64,000 nt of DNA. Source: Bryobacterales bacterium. Its GTDB lineage: Bacteria; Acidobacteriota; Terriglobia; Bryobacterales; UBA6623. Position numbers and translations under genes: made by a program. The notes beneath the pieces were generated by a model that had not been told where the DNA came from, made no database searches, and was given only the letters and a program-made list of their open reading frames with translations. This document shows, piece by piece, positions 19,232-29,025 of the stretch; the stretch's first letter is position 1, and every line of letters starts with the position of its first letter. The stretch lies in NCBI GenBank assembly GCA_963422375.2, contig OY729427.2:1440001-1504000 (forward strand), given 5' to 3'.

Positions 19232-19664
19232 GTCCTCGCAGTGCCTCCCGCCGCGCCTCTCCCGGCAGCCGCTTTCTCAGGCGGGTTCGATTCCAGCCGC
19301 TCGTGCGCGCGTACTCGCCCTCGTCGACGGACGATCGAATCAAGAACAGCCCGCGCCCGCCCCCGCGCAGCTCGTCGGGCGGCGGCACACGCTGGGCGAA
19401 CGGGTCGAACTCGTCCCCGCGATCCCAGATCTCGACCTCGAGCGCTCCGCTCGTGCGGCGGCACACAATGCGAATCGGGCAGGTCCTGTCGCCGCCGTAG
19501 GCGTGGCGCATGACGTTGCTGAGCGCTTCGTTAGCGGCCATCACCATGGCCCGCGTCGGCCCAGCGCCCAAGCTGACGATCTGGCAGCACTCGTCGATAA
19601 GGGTTCGCGCCAGCTTCAGCCATCGCGGGTCGCTCGCTATGCGGACATCTACCTCCCCGACCAT
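19221..19664 (-). CDS. RsbW/SpoIIAB-like anti-sigma serine kinase (HATPase_c_2)
   Basis: NEALSNVMRHAY (N box), WDRGDEFDP (G1), GGRGLFLI (G2); overlaps the STAS gene start. Confidence 0.88.
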   Translation of the reverse strand: MVGEVDVRIASDPRWLKLARTLIDECCQIVSLGAGPTRAMVMAANEALSNVMRHAYGGDRTCPIRIVCRRTSGALEVEIWDRGDEFDPFAQRVPPPDELRGGGRGLFLIRSSVDEGEYARTSGWNRTRLRKRLPGEARREALRGHAG

Positions 19665-19764
19665 CGCAGTTCCGGTCGATTCACCGCCCGGGCGAGCATC
19701 CGCCTCAACCGCCGACCGGGATTGTAGCACGGCCGCGGCCCGGCTCTGGTAAGGTGAACGCGGC

Positions 19765-20994
19765 GTGTCTGCCTCGGCGGCCAGGCGGGCAGCGTTCGCC
19801 GTCGCGCTGCGCATCGAGCGGGACGCCGCGCATGCCGACGAACTGCTCCACTCCGAACGCACCGCCGGGCTGTCGGAGCGCGAGCGAGCGTTCGTCACCG
19901 AGCTGGTGATGGGCTGCCTGCGCCGTCGCGGCGAGCTCGACGAGCTCGTGCGCCGGAGCTTGGCGCGGCCGCGGAAGACACCGGACCCGGAGGTCGCCAC
20001 CGCCCTGCGGCTCGGCGCCTACCAGCTGCGCCACATGGACAGAGTTCCCGCCCACGCCGCCGTCCGCGAGTCCGTCGAACTGGTGAAGCTCGCCCGCAAG
20101 CGCTCGGCAGCGGGCTTGGTGAACGCGGCGCTGCGCCGCCTGCCGGCGGCTCTTCCGGCGATCGAAGCGGCCAGGCTTTCCCACCCAAGCTGGCTCGTGC
20201 GGCGCTGGGAAGCAGCCTTCGGGGGGGCTGGCTGCGACAGGCTCCTGCTGTCCAATCTCGAGCGGCCGGAGACCTACTTCCGAATCCCTGCGCCGGGCGC
20301 GGCCCGGGGAATCCTCGGGCGGCTGAGTATGGCCGGATGCGAGGCCGCGTCCACCGGCCTCCCCGGAGCCTACCGCCTGGTCTCAGGAGGCGTCCCGGCG
20401 GCCAGGGCGGCCGCGGGCGTCCCCCTGCAGTTCCAGGACCTCAATTCGCAGCGGGTCGCGCGGCTGGTGGATCCAGCCCCGGGAGGGCGGGTGCTCGACG
20501 TCTGCGCGGCTCCGGGCGGCAAGGCCCGGATACTCGCCGAGACGGCCCGCGTGGTGGCTTCGGACCGCAGTCCCGCCCGGTTGCGCCTCCTGCGCCGCCT
20601 CGGCAGCCGGGGAATCCGCTTGCTCGCGCTGGACGCCGAAGATCCGCTGCCCTTCTCCGGCGGGTTCGACCGCGTGCTGGTCGACGCGCCCTGCTCGGGG
20701 ACCGGGACGCTCGCCCGCAATCCCGAGATCAAGTGGCGCCTGCGCCGGGAGGATATCGAGTCTCTGTCCCTCCGACAGACGAGGATCCTAGCGAACGCCC
20801 TGCAAGCCGTCGCCCCGGGAGGGTCGCTGGTGTACGCCACCTGCTCGCTCGAGCCGGAAGAGAACGAGGAAGTCGTGCGGGCGGCGGTCGGGAGCGGCGC
20901 CGGATGGCGCGCCCGCCCGCTGCTCGCGACGCTGCCCGGGCGCGACGCGGGAGACGGGTTCCAAGCCTGGAGCTTCCGGCGGCGCGATGACTGA
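19765..20994 (+). CDS. rsmB: 16S rRNA m5C967 methyltransferase RsmB/Sun (NusB-like N-terminus)
   Basis: SARRAAF, LRLGAYQL, LDVCAAPGGK, VDAPCSGTG, YATCSLEPEENE. Confidence 0.92.
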   Translation: MSASAARRAAFAVALRIERDAAHADELLHSERTAGLSERERAFVTELVMGCLRRRGELDELVRRSLARPRKTPDPEVATALRLGAYQLRHMDRVPAHAAVRESVELVKLARKRSAAGLVNAALRRLPAALPAIEAARLSHPSWLVRRWEAAFGGAGCDRLLLSNLERPETYFRIPAPGAARGILGRLSMAGCEAASTGLPGAYRLVSGGVPAARAAAGVPLQFQDLNSQRVARLVDPAPGGRVLDVCAAPGGKARILAETARVVASDRSPARLRLLRRLGSRGIRLLALDAEDPLPFSGGFDRVLVDAPCSGTGTLARNPEIKWRLRREDIESLSLRQTRILANALQAVAPGGSLVYATCSLEPEENEEVVRAAVGSGAGWRARPLLATLPGRDAGDGFQAWSFRRRDD

Positions 20995-22771
20995 AGCGCG
21001 ACGGCACGGCTGCATCGTGCTGGCCGTGTCCGGGATCGTGTTCCTCGGGGCGGTCCCGGGCCCGCCGTCCCTGCTGGACGACGTGGACGCCGCCTACGCC
21101 CAGGTGGCCCGGTCGATGCTGGAGTCGGGCGACTGGGTGACCGCCCGCCTCAACGGCGTGCCCTATTTCGACAAGGCCCCGGGCCAGGTCTGGGCCATGG
21201 CCGCCTCGTTCGCCGTGTTCGGGGTCAGCGACTGGGCCGCCCGCCTGCCGACGGCCTTGGCGGCGATGACCCTGTGCTGGCTAGCTTGGCGCACGGGCCG
21301 CTGGGCCTTCGGCGCGACAGCCGGACTGTACGCGGGAATCGGCCTGGCGACCTGCTGCGGCCTGTTCCTGTTCACCCGCGTGCGACTGCCCGACGTCTTC
21401 GTGGCTTGCGCCACCCTATTCGCGCTCGACTGCTTCCTGCGGTCGCGGGAAGCCCCGGTCCGCCGGGCCCGGGCCCGCATGGCCTGGGCGGGCGCGGCAC
21501 TGGGCGCGGGCCTCCTGTGCAAGGGGCTGGTCGCCGCGGTCCTGCCCGCGGGCGCGGTCGCGGCGTTCCTGCTCGCGAGCGGGCAATGGCGGTCTCCGGA
21601 AGCCCGCGCGCGACTCGGGCTGGGAGGAGCAGCCGCGGCCGCGCTGCTCGTGGCGGGACCGTGGCACCTGCTCGCCACCCTGAGGCATCCGCCGGTCCTC
21701 GAGTTCGGACTAGACAGCGGGCCGCGGATCTACCGCGGATTCTTCTGGCGCTACTTCGTCAACGAGCACCTCCTGCGCTACCTGGGACAGCGCTATCCGT
21801 TCGATTACGACCGCGTGCCGCTCGCGTGGTTCTGGGCGGCCCACCTCGCCTGGCTGTTCCCTTGGAGCGGTATGGTCGCCGGGCTGCGGCGGCGGGGATG
21901 CGACGGCGGCACCCGCGGGGGGGCGACGCGGCTGCTGATGCTCTGCTGCTGCGGCTTCGCGCTGCTCTTCTTCTCGGCCTCGACCACCCAGGAATACTAC
22001 ACACTCCCCGCATACGGCCCCGCCATGGTACTGTTCGCGAGCTTCGCGGCCGAGCGGCCGGGGCGGGCCCGGATAGCCTCCCGCGCCGCGGCCTCGGTAT
22101 ACGGCGCCGCATTCGCGGCCGGGCTGGCCGCGCTGATCGCGACGCGGGACCTGCCGGCGGCAGGCGACATCAGCGCGGCCCTGACGACCAACCCGGACTC
22201 CTACACCCTGTCTCTGGGGCACTTCAGCGATCTCACCCTCGGGGCGCTGGCCTACCTGCGCGGCCCGCTCGCCCTAGCCGTCGCCGCCTTCGCGGCCGGA
22301 TGCGCGGGCGGGTGGCTGCTCCCCGCGCGAAGGGCGCTGGCGTCCCTTGCGGCCGCGACGATGCTCCTGCTGCAGGCCGCGCACTGGGCCATGGGCGCGT
22401 TCGATCCGTACCTGTCATCCCGCGCCCTCGCGGAGGCCTGCCTGCGCGAGCCGCCCGGCCGGATCGTGCTGGACCACGAGTACTACGCGTTCTCGTCGGT
22501 CGCGTTCTACGCCAACCGCCCGGTCCTGCTGCTCAACGGTCGCAGGAACAGCATCGAGTACGGCGCGAACGCCCCCGGCGCCCCCGACCCCTTCCTCGAC
22601 GACCGCGGCCTCGCCGCGCTATGGGAGGGCCCGGACCCCGTATACCTCGTGACTTACGCCCGGGACCGGCCGCGCATCGAGGGCTTGGTGGGAGCGGAGC
22701 GCGTGCGCCGCCTCGCGGAATCCGGCGGCAAGGTGCTGCTGGCGAGCGGCCCGGCTTCCCGGCCGAACTAG
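20987..22771 (+). CDS. ArnT-like GT-C glycosyltransferase (PMT_2)
   Basis: DDVDAAYAQVARSMLESGDWVT.RLNG..YFDKAP, WAARLP, many TM segments. Confidence 0.88.
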   Translation: MTEARRHGCIVLAVSGIVFLGAVPGPPSLLDDVDAAYAQVARSMLESGDWVTARLNGVPYFDKAPGQVWAMAASFAVFGVSDWAARLPTALAAMTLCWLAWRTGRWAFGATAGLYAGIGLATCCGLFLFTRVRLPDVFVACATLFALDCFLRSREAPVRRARARMAWAGAALGAGLLCKGLVAAVLPAGAVAAFLLASGQWRSPEARARLGLGGAAAAALLVAGPWHLLATLRHPPVLEFGLDSGPRIYRGFFWRYFVNEHLLRYLGQRYPFDYDRVPLAWFWAAHLAWLFPWSGMVAGLRRRGCDGGTRGGATRLLMLCCCGFALLFFSASTTQEYYTLPAYGPAMVLFASFAAERPGRARIASRAAASVYGAAFAAGLAALIATRDLPAAGDISAALTTNPDSYTLSLGHFSDLTLGALAYLRGPLALAVAAFAAGCAGGWLLPARRALASLAAATMLLLQAAHWAMGAFDPYLSSRALAEACLREPPGRIVLDHEYYAFSSVAFYANRPVLLLNGRRNSIEYGANAPGAPDPFLDDRGLAALWEGPDPVYLVTYARDRPRIEGLVGAERVRRLAESGGKVLLASGPASRPN

Positions 22772-22855
22772 CCGGAGCCGGCCAGGCTCTCGTATACTGG
22801 GCGTAACGGGCCGTCGCAGGCTGGCTGCCCGCGCGGGCCTGACGGGTTCCCGGAC

Positions 22856-23110
22856 ATGAAGAAGGACATCCATCCCAGCAACTACCGCGAGGTCGTATTC
22901 CGCGACGTGACGACCGGCACTCAGTGGGTTACCCGGTCCACGGCGAGGACCGACAAGACGACCGAGGTCGACGGTCGGCAGTACCCGCTTTACGACCTAG
23001 CGATCTCCTCCTACTCGCATCCCTTCTACACAGGCAAGCGCAAGCTGGTCGACTCCGAAGGCCGCATCGAGCGCTTCAACAAGAAGTACGGGCGCAAGAG
23101 CGCCGTGTAG
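22856..23110 (+). CDS. rpmE2: 50S ribosomal protein L31 type B (zinc-free)
   Basis: MKKDIHPSNYREVVFRD, SSYSHPFYTG, GRIERFNKKYG; no Cys. Confidence 0.95.
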   Translation: MKKDIHPSNYREVVFRDVTTGTQWVTRSTARTDKTTEVDGRQYPLYDLAISSYSHPFYTGKRKLVDSEGRIERFNKKYGRKSAV

Positions 23111-23127
23111 GCGGCGGGCGGGCCTTC

Positions 23128-25401
23128 CTACCAAGCGGTGACGAAGGCCGCCGTCAGCGCGCGCCCCGTTTCGGGAACGCGCTGTCGCGTGAACGGGTTC
23201 AGTGAGTTCAGGTGCTCGTAGTAGTACTTGTCCCCGAGGTTCTCGAGGCCGACATGCAGTGTCGCGCCGTCCCAGAGATCCGCTCCGATTCGCAGCGCGT
23301 GCAGGGTGAATCCGGGCGACGGCGTCTCCAGCCTGCCGAAGGCCACCCGGCGCTGGTCCCAAGCGCTGCGCAGGCCGTACTCGGCCCAGAAGCGCCGGCC
23401 AAGCGAATAGAACCGCGCCGCCGAATCGACCTCCATCGGCGGGATGCCTAGGATGGGCTGCAGCAATTCGCGGTCGTCGGCTAGGGTCTTGGACGCGCCG
23501 AAACGGAATTCGAACCGGCCGACGGGGCGGCGCACCCCGAGGTTCCAGCCGCGGAAGAAGGCGCTCCCGCCGTTGACGTAGCGAAACACCGTCGGCGGGC
23601 TCAGGGGCAGCCGCTTCTCCAGCGAGGGGTCCGGCCTCGCCGAGATGTAGCTGCCCAGGCTCCGGACGAACGCGCCGCCGTGAAGGCGGAATCCGCTGTC
23701 GTTCCAGGCCAGGCTGACGTCCCCCTGCAAGCTGGACTCCGGGCGCAGGCCGGGGGAGCCCACGAACTCGGCCGCGACTTGGAACCTCGTGCTCGGAAAC
23801 CGGTCCGAGTAGCGCTCCAGCGCGCTTGCCGTGCGCACCACCCGGCCTGCGCCGGCCGAAAGCGTAAGCCCCGATCCCAAGTCGTAACGGCCGGCCACGC
23901 TGAAGGTCGCGTTGGCCTCGCTGCGCTCGGTCGCCTTGCCGCCGCTCGCGAGGAAGAACGCGCTCGGCCGCCCGGCATCGCTGGCCACGAAGTCCATGCG
24001 AGCGACCGCGCGAATCTCCCCGCGGTCGAAGCTGCGCCCGGCATGGAAGTAGATCCCGAGATCCGCCAGGGACGTCCCCGCCCAGACTGCATCACTGAAC
24101 AGCAGCTTGCGGTCCCGAGCCCGAGCGATGAACCGCTGCGCGTCCTGCTCGAGCCGGAACCAGTCGAATCCGACCTGCAGCTCCCACGACTCCGCGGGTG
24201 ACAGCTCGACCCGGCCCGTGCTGCCAACCGTGTCGGACTCGGCGGGCAGCGACACGTCCAGGGCGAACGGCGGCATGCGCCCCGGCATCGGGCGCGATGT
24301 GGGCTTGCCGCGATTGCTCATTCGATGGCTCTTGCGGTTCGAGTAGGCGGTCAGCCTGACCGATCGGACCGCCCCGTCCGGCCAGGCCCAGCGATAGCTC
24401 GCGCGAAAGGACCGCAGGAGGAAGTGCTCGGCAGTCAGCAGGCGGCCGGGAAAGTCAATGCTGGTCTGCTCGTCGTAGAGGCCGCTCGCCAGTATCTCCT
24501 GATCCGGCGTGGGGTTGAATCGTGTCCGGGCCCCGACCTGATGCGAGGAGGCGTCCCCCGGTACGAGCGTGCTGGCCGGCCGGCCGCTGCGCCCGGCCTC
24601 GTAGTCGTCCAGCAGATCGCCGGAGGCATGGAGGCCGAAGCCGAAGGCGGACCCGACGCCGTGGAGCCGGGCATGACCCATGCGCCCCGAGCCGTTGCTC
24701 CTCCACGCGAGGCCGCCGCTGCCGCCGACGAACCGCCTCGGGCGCGTCGGAAGGCCGACCGAGTCGACCAAGATGGCCGCCAGCGCCCCGGAGCCCTCCG
24801 TCAAGGCGTAGGGGCCCGTGACGACCTGGACGCTGGCGACCGACCCGGGATCGACATGGCTCAGTTCCGAGTCCATCCGCGCCAGGCCCGCGGCGAACGT
24901 CCTGGTCCCGTCGACGACCATCGCCAGCTGGTACTCCCGCAGACCCTGCACGACCGGATCGAAGTTCGTGCCGCCGCGCCGCATCACGTGAACGTTCGGC
25001 GCGGCCCTCAGGCTCTCGACAAGGTCCGGCTTCGCCAGACGGTCGGAGCCGACCGGGGCGGACGCCACCGGGGACAGGGCCCGGATCTGGCCCTCGACGA
25101 CCATGACATTCTCCACGGGAGCCAGGCGCAGCGTCACCGTCACTTCCGAGCGGTCGCCGAGCGCCGCTCTGCCGGGGAGAAACCCCGCTGCCCGCACCTC
25201 TGCCGAAACCGCGCTGCCATGGAAGGTGGCCACGCCCTCAGGCGAGGCCACTGCCCGCGCTGCCACCTCCCCGGAGTCACCCCGAAAGACGACAGTCGCC
25301 CTTGGCACCACGGCCCCGGACGGATCCTTCACGCGAACGGTCACGTCCGCCGACGCCGCGACGGCGGCGCACAGACATACAGATAGCCTGCCTAGCCTCA
25401 C
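23128..25401 (-). CDS. TonB-dependent receptor, OprC-like, with N-terminal carboxypeptidase-regulatory-like domain
   Basis: Signal peptide; VKDPSGAVVPRATV; plug RRGGTNFDPVVQG...RMD; HRMSN; NLGDKYYYEHLN; C-terminal Trp; GTG at 25401 with GGGGGA upstream. Confidence 0.88.
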   Translation of the reverse strand: MRLGRLSVCLCAAVAASADVTVRVKDPSGAVVPRATVVFRGDSGEVAARAVASPEGVATFHGSAVSAEVRAAGFLPGRAALGDRSEVTVTLRLAPVENVMVVEGQIRALSPVASAPVGSDRLAKPDLVESLRAAPNVHVMRRGGTNFDPVVQGLREYQLAMVVDGTRTFAAGLARMDSELSHVDPGSVASVQVVTGPYALTEGSGALAAILVDSVGLPTRPRRFVGGSGGLAWRSNGSGRMGHARLHGVGSAFGFGLHASGDLLDDYEAGRSGRPASTLVPGDASSHQVGARTRFNPTPDQEILASGLYDEQTSIDFPGRLLTAEHFLLRSFRASYRWAWPDGAVRSVRLTAYSNRKSHRMSNRGKPTSRPMPGRMPPFALDVSLPAESDTVGSTGRVELSPAESWELQVGFDWFRLEQDAQRFIARARDRKLLFSDAVWAGTSLADLGIYFHAGRSFDRGEIRAVARMDFVASDAGRPSAFFLASGGKATERSEANATFSVAGRYDLGSGLTLSAGAGRVVRTASALERYSDRFPSTRFQVAAEFVGSPGLRPESSLQGDVSLAWNDSGFRLHGGAFVRSLGSYISARPDPSLEKRLPLSPPTVFRYVNGGSAFFRGWNLGVRRPVGRFEFRFGASKTLADDRELLQPILGIPPMEVDSAARFYSLGRRFWAEYGLRSAWDQRRVAFGRLETPSPGFTLHALRIGADLWDGATLHVGLENLGDKYYYEHLNSLNPFTRQRVPETGRALTAAFVTAW

Positions 25402-26035
25402 CTTGAATCCCCCTTGCAATCCTCTCCGCCGGGAAAGGGTCCGGCGGCATCCTACAGGCACACGGACCCTCGCGACGCCGAACGCGTACGCCCGCACCGG
25501 CGGGCGCTTGGTCAGCCGACGCGGGCAGGCTGGGGCGGGGGGACGGAGGCGTGCGAGGGGCCTCGCGCATGGCCGGAGACACCGCGACACCCGGGCCCGG
25601 GCGGGCCGCACCGGCGGCGGGGAGGGAGCGAGGCTCCGGGAGCCAGCTTGGGCGCGGATGGTCATGGCCGCAGCGGCTCCTCGTGACGCAGCCGGGCTTG
25701 CGTGCAGGATCCCGCTCCTGACGATGGCAGGAGGAGGCGGGCTCGGTTCCATCCGTCCCGGTCCGAGGCGGCTCCGGCATCGGACAGGCCCGGCGGCACT
25801 GACCGGCAGCAGGCCTGCGCGGGCACCACGGCGGCCGCGGCCGCCGACCAAGGCAGCAGCGCGACCCCGACGAAAAGCGCCGCGATACGGAATCGCCGGT
25901 GGCGCTGCATCGACCCGGGCACCCCTTCACGGGTATCGCACTCGCGGACGGTCCAGCCGCCTCGGCGGGACGCGCGACGACGCCGGGGCCTTCGAGATGA
26001 ACGCCCCACTGTGCAACACTCAAGGCGGGCGGAGC

Positions 26036-26440
26036 ATGGCCCGCACGATCCCTAGGCGCGAATGGCTGGCCGCGGCAGGCACGGGGCTGTCGTCCGTCGC
26101 GCGCCTCCGGGCCGAGCCGCAGCGAGGCGCAGAGCCTACCGCGCTCATCTTCGGCACCGTGTTCAAGGACTCCTACCTCGCGCTACCCGGAGCGCGGGTC
26201 GTTGCCTACAACAGCGCCGGCCCGCGCAAGAAGATCCGGGCGGTCACGAACTACCGCGGGGAGTACAGGGTCCGCGTCCCCGCCGGCGACGCCACCTACG
26301 TGGTCGAGGCGTCTGCGCCGAGGTTCGCCAAGGAGAGCCGCACCGTGCAGGTCTACGGCATCGAGAAATCGACCGCGAACCTAGTGCTCCAGCCGCGGAA
26401 GCGGGCGCGGCGCCCGCCCGATCAGCCCGCCCGGCCTTAG
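26036..26440 (+). CDS. Carboxypeptidase-regulatory-like domain protein, Tat-like leader
   Basis: RREWL leader; IFGTVF...ALPGARV, TNYRGEY; GGAG SD. Confidence 0.78.
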   Translation: MARTIPRREWLAAAGTGLSSVARLRAEPQRGAEPTALIFGTVFKDSYLALPGARVVAYNSAGPRKKIRAVTNYRGEYRVRVPAGDATYVVEASAPRFAKESRTVQVYGIEKSTANLVLQPRKRARRPPDQPARP

Positions 26441-26454
26441 GATCAGGAGACAGC

Positions 26455-26817
26455 ATGCAAGCCACGCGTCGAACACTTCTCGCCCTCGCTGCCACGTTGC
26501 CCGCAGCGGCCCACGCCCAGTTCCCGGGCTTCGGAAAGAAGAAGGAAGATCCCACCCGCTCCGTTAAGGGCCAGGTGACCGACGAGTCCGAAGAGGGCAT
26601 CCGAGCGATCGTGCAGCTGAAGAACTCGCGCACGCTGGAAGTCAAGTCGTTCCACACCAACGATGCCGGGGAGTACTATTTCCACGGCTTGGATCTCAAC
26701 ATCGACTACGAGCTCAAGGCCCTAGCCGAGGGCAAGCAGAGCAAGACGCGCACGGTGTCGAGCTTCGACAGTCGCGTCGAGCTTATTTTCAACTTCCGGC
26801 TGAAGGACGCAGGCTGA
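26455..26817 (+). CDS. Carboxypeptidase-regulatory-like domain protein
   Basis: RSVKGQVTD, AIVQLKN, GEYYFHGLDLNIDYELKA; AGGAG SD. Confidence 0.82.
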   Translation: MQATRRTLLALAATLPAAAHAQFPGFGKKKEDPTRSVKGQVTDESEEGIRAIVQLKNSRTLEVKSFHTNDAGEYYFHGLDLNIDYELKALAEGKQSKTRTVSSFDSRVELIFNFRLKDAG

Positions 26818-26949
26818 ACGGTTGCCCCGTTCGCACGCATTCCCGGCCCAATCGCGCTAGGCTCTGCGCAAGGCGTCCTCGCCCGAGGGGGCTAAGATAT
26901 GATTGCCTCGCGCAAGCGGCCCTCGGGCCGGGCCCCGGGGAGGACCGCC

Positions 26950-28116
26950 ATGCATCTGTCCAGCCAGTGCCTACGCAAGCTAGCCTTGCATCTCTCGGCC
27001 GTAGCCATGCTTGTCGCGAGCTTGGCGCCCGCGCAGGCTCAAGGGCCGATCGGCGAGCGGCCTAGGAGGCCCGTGCCCGGCGCTCCTAGAACGCCGGGCA
27101 CGGTTCCGCCCGCCGGGGGGGGGCCGGACTCGCCGTCCAGGCTGCCTCCCGTGGCGCCCCGGGCCCCCCAGCGCGTGCCGGAAGACCAGCCGATCTTCAC
27201 GGCCGACACAAACGTGGTGACGGTCGAGATCGCCGTGCTCGACAACAAAGGCCAGTTCATCCCCAACATCCCGCAGGGGAACTTCCAGATCCTCGAGGAC
27301 GGCGTCCCGCAAAAGATCGTCAGCGTGGGCCAGACGCAGGCACCGGCCACCGTGGCGCTGCTGATTGAGTTCAGCAACCGCTGGCAGCAATACTGGTCGG
27401 AGACTTGGTACCAGACCCTGACGGCGACCTACGGCTTCGTGGAAACGCTGCGCCCGGAAGACTGGGTGGCCGTCATCGCCTACGATCTCCGGCCGGAAAT
27501 CCTGGCCGATTTCACGCAGGACAGGCGCGAGATCAACAACGCCCTGCAGCGGCTGCGGATCGCTGCGTACCGCGAGTCCAACCTATTCGACGCTCTCACC
27601 GACACCGTCCAGCGAATGTCCGAGATCGAGGGACGAAAATCTGTGGTGCTGCTCTCGAGTGGGGAAGACACCTTCAGCCGACTCAACTTCAGCCAAGCGC
27701 GCAAGATCGTTCAAGAGGCGGGCGTCACCGTCCACGCGATCGGGCTGGGCCAGATGCTGAAGGAGCTTCTCGACTCGTACGGCTACGTCGGCGGCGCTAC
27801 GCGGATCGGCTGGCTGCAGGCGGACAACCAGCTCCGGACGTTCACGAGAGAGACCGGGGGCTTCTCGTTCTTCCCCCGCTTCTACGGCCAGTTCCCGACG
27901 ATCTTCCAGAGCCTGAACTACCTGATGCGCAATCAGTACACCGCGGTCTACCAGCCCTCGAACACCAAGCGCGACGGCGCGTTCCGCGAGATCAAGGTGC
28001 GCTTGGTAGATCCGAGGACGAACAAGGAACTGCGGATAACGGGGAAGAACAACAAGCGCATCAAGTACCAGATCGTCGCGAGGAAGGGCTACACGGCTCC
28101 GCGCGAGGTGGAGTGA
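26950..28116 (+). CDS. VWFA-related (Acidobacterial-type) secreted protein
   Basis: NVVTVEIAVLD..GQFI, EDGVPQKI, IEFSN (degenerate MIDAS), LFDAL, SSGEDTFS, LMRNQY..YQPSN..RDG.FR.IKV, ARKGY. Confidence 0.87.
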   Translation: MHLSSQCLRKLALHLSAVAMLVASLAPAQAQGPIGERPRRPVPGAPRTPGTVPPAGGGPDSPSRLPPVAPRAPQRVPEDQPIFTADTNVVTVEIAVLDNKGQFIPNIPQGNFQILEDGVPQKIVSVGQTQAPATVALLIEFSNRWQQYWSETWYQTLTATYGFVETLRPEDWVAVIAYDLRPEILADFTQDRREINNALQRLRIAAYRESNLFDALTDTVQRMSEIEGRKSVVLLSSGEDTFSRLNFSQARKIVQEAGVTVHAIGLGQMLKELLDSYGYVGGATRIGWLQADNQLRTFTRETGGFSFFPRFYGQFPTIFQSLNYLMRNQYTAVYQPSNTKRDGAFREIKVRLVDPRTNKELRITGKNNKRIKYQIVARKGYTAPREVE

Positions 28117-28311
28117 GGCCCGGCGGGACGCCTCAGGCAAGGTGCCCTCCAGCGGAGCGAGGCGCCGTGCGGCCGCGGGTCCCGCGAAGAGGCGTCGGGC
28201 GCGTGCTCGCCCCCCGATCTGGCGCGACGAGCGGGGATGCATGTGCAGTGCCGCTCGGACCCAGCCGAGCGACCTCTCGCAGTGCGGGTGCTAGAATCGC
28301 GCCGTACGCAG

Positions 28312-29010
28312 ATGACGGACATCACTTGGCTCGGACACTCTACGTTCTATATCGATGTGGGCGACGGACCTGCGATCCTGATCGATCCGTGGTTCACGGG
28401 CAACCCGTCATATCCCTCGGGATTCAACCTCGAGCGCGTCGACGTGCTGCTAGTCACCCACGGGCACTTCGACCACATCGCGGACGCTCTAGCCGTGGCA
28501 GAGCGCTTCAAGCCCGCCATCCTGTGCGGGTACGAAGTTTCGATCTGGCTCGAGTCCAAGGGAGCCGAGAACATCGTCGGCATGAACACCGGGGGCAGCG
28601 CCGAATCGCACGGCCTGCGGGTGACGATGACACAGGCATGGCACAGCAGTTCGATCGATGACGGCGGGCGGCAGGTCTGCGCCGGCCTGGCGTCGGGCTT
28701 CGTGGTCCGCCAGCCTGACGGGCGCGCCTTCTACCATGCCGGGGACACCGACGTGTTCAGCGACATGCAGCTCATCCGGCGACTGCACCATCCGCAACTC
28801 GCGATGCTGCCGATCGGCGATCTCTTCACGATGGGACCGGAGGGCGCGGCCCTGGCTTGCGAGTTCTTGCGGCCCGAGGTGGTGCTGCCGATGCACTACG
28901 GGACGTTCCCCGTGCTCACGGGAACGCCGACTGCACTGGTCGAAGCGCTCGGACCCGGGTCTGCGGTCGCCGTGCCCCCCCTGGAGCCGGGCGGGACGTA
29001 CCGCTGGTAG
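28312..29010 (+). CDS. Metal-dependent hydrolase, MBL fold (UPF0173-like)
   Basis: ITWLGHS, IDPW, THGHFDH, YHAGDT, LPIGDLFTMG, PMHYGTFP. Confidence 0.92.
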   Translation: MTDITWLGHSTFYIDVGDGPAILIDPWFTGNPSYPSGFNLERVDVLLVTHGHFDHIADALAVAERFKPAILCGYEVSIWLESKGAENIVGMNTGGSAESHGLRVTMTQAWHSSSIDDGGRQVCAGLASGFVVRQPDGRAFYHAGDTDVFSDMQLIRRLHHPQLAMLPIGDLFTMGPEGAALACEFLRPEVVLPMHYGTFPVLTGTPTALVEALGPGSAVAVPPLEPGGTYRW

Positions 29011-29025
29011 GGCGCACCGCCAGCC

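Noticed and set aside
28117..28310. Glycine-riboswitch-like words (CTCAGG, GGAG, CGAAG) and a small hairpin
   Set aside because: The elements are in the wrong order and the downstream gene is unrelated to glycine metabolism.
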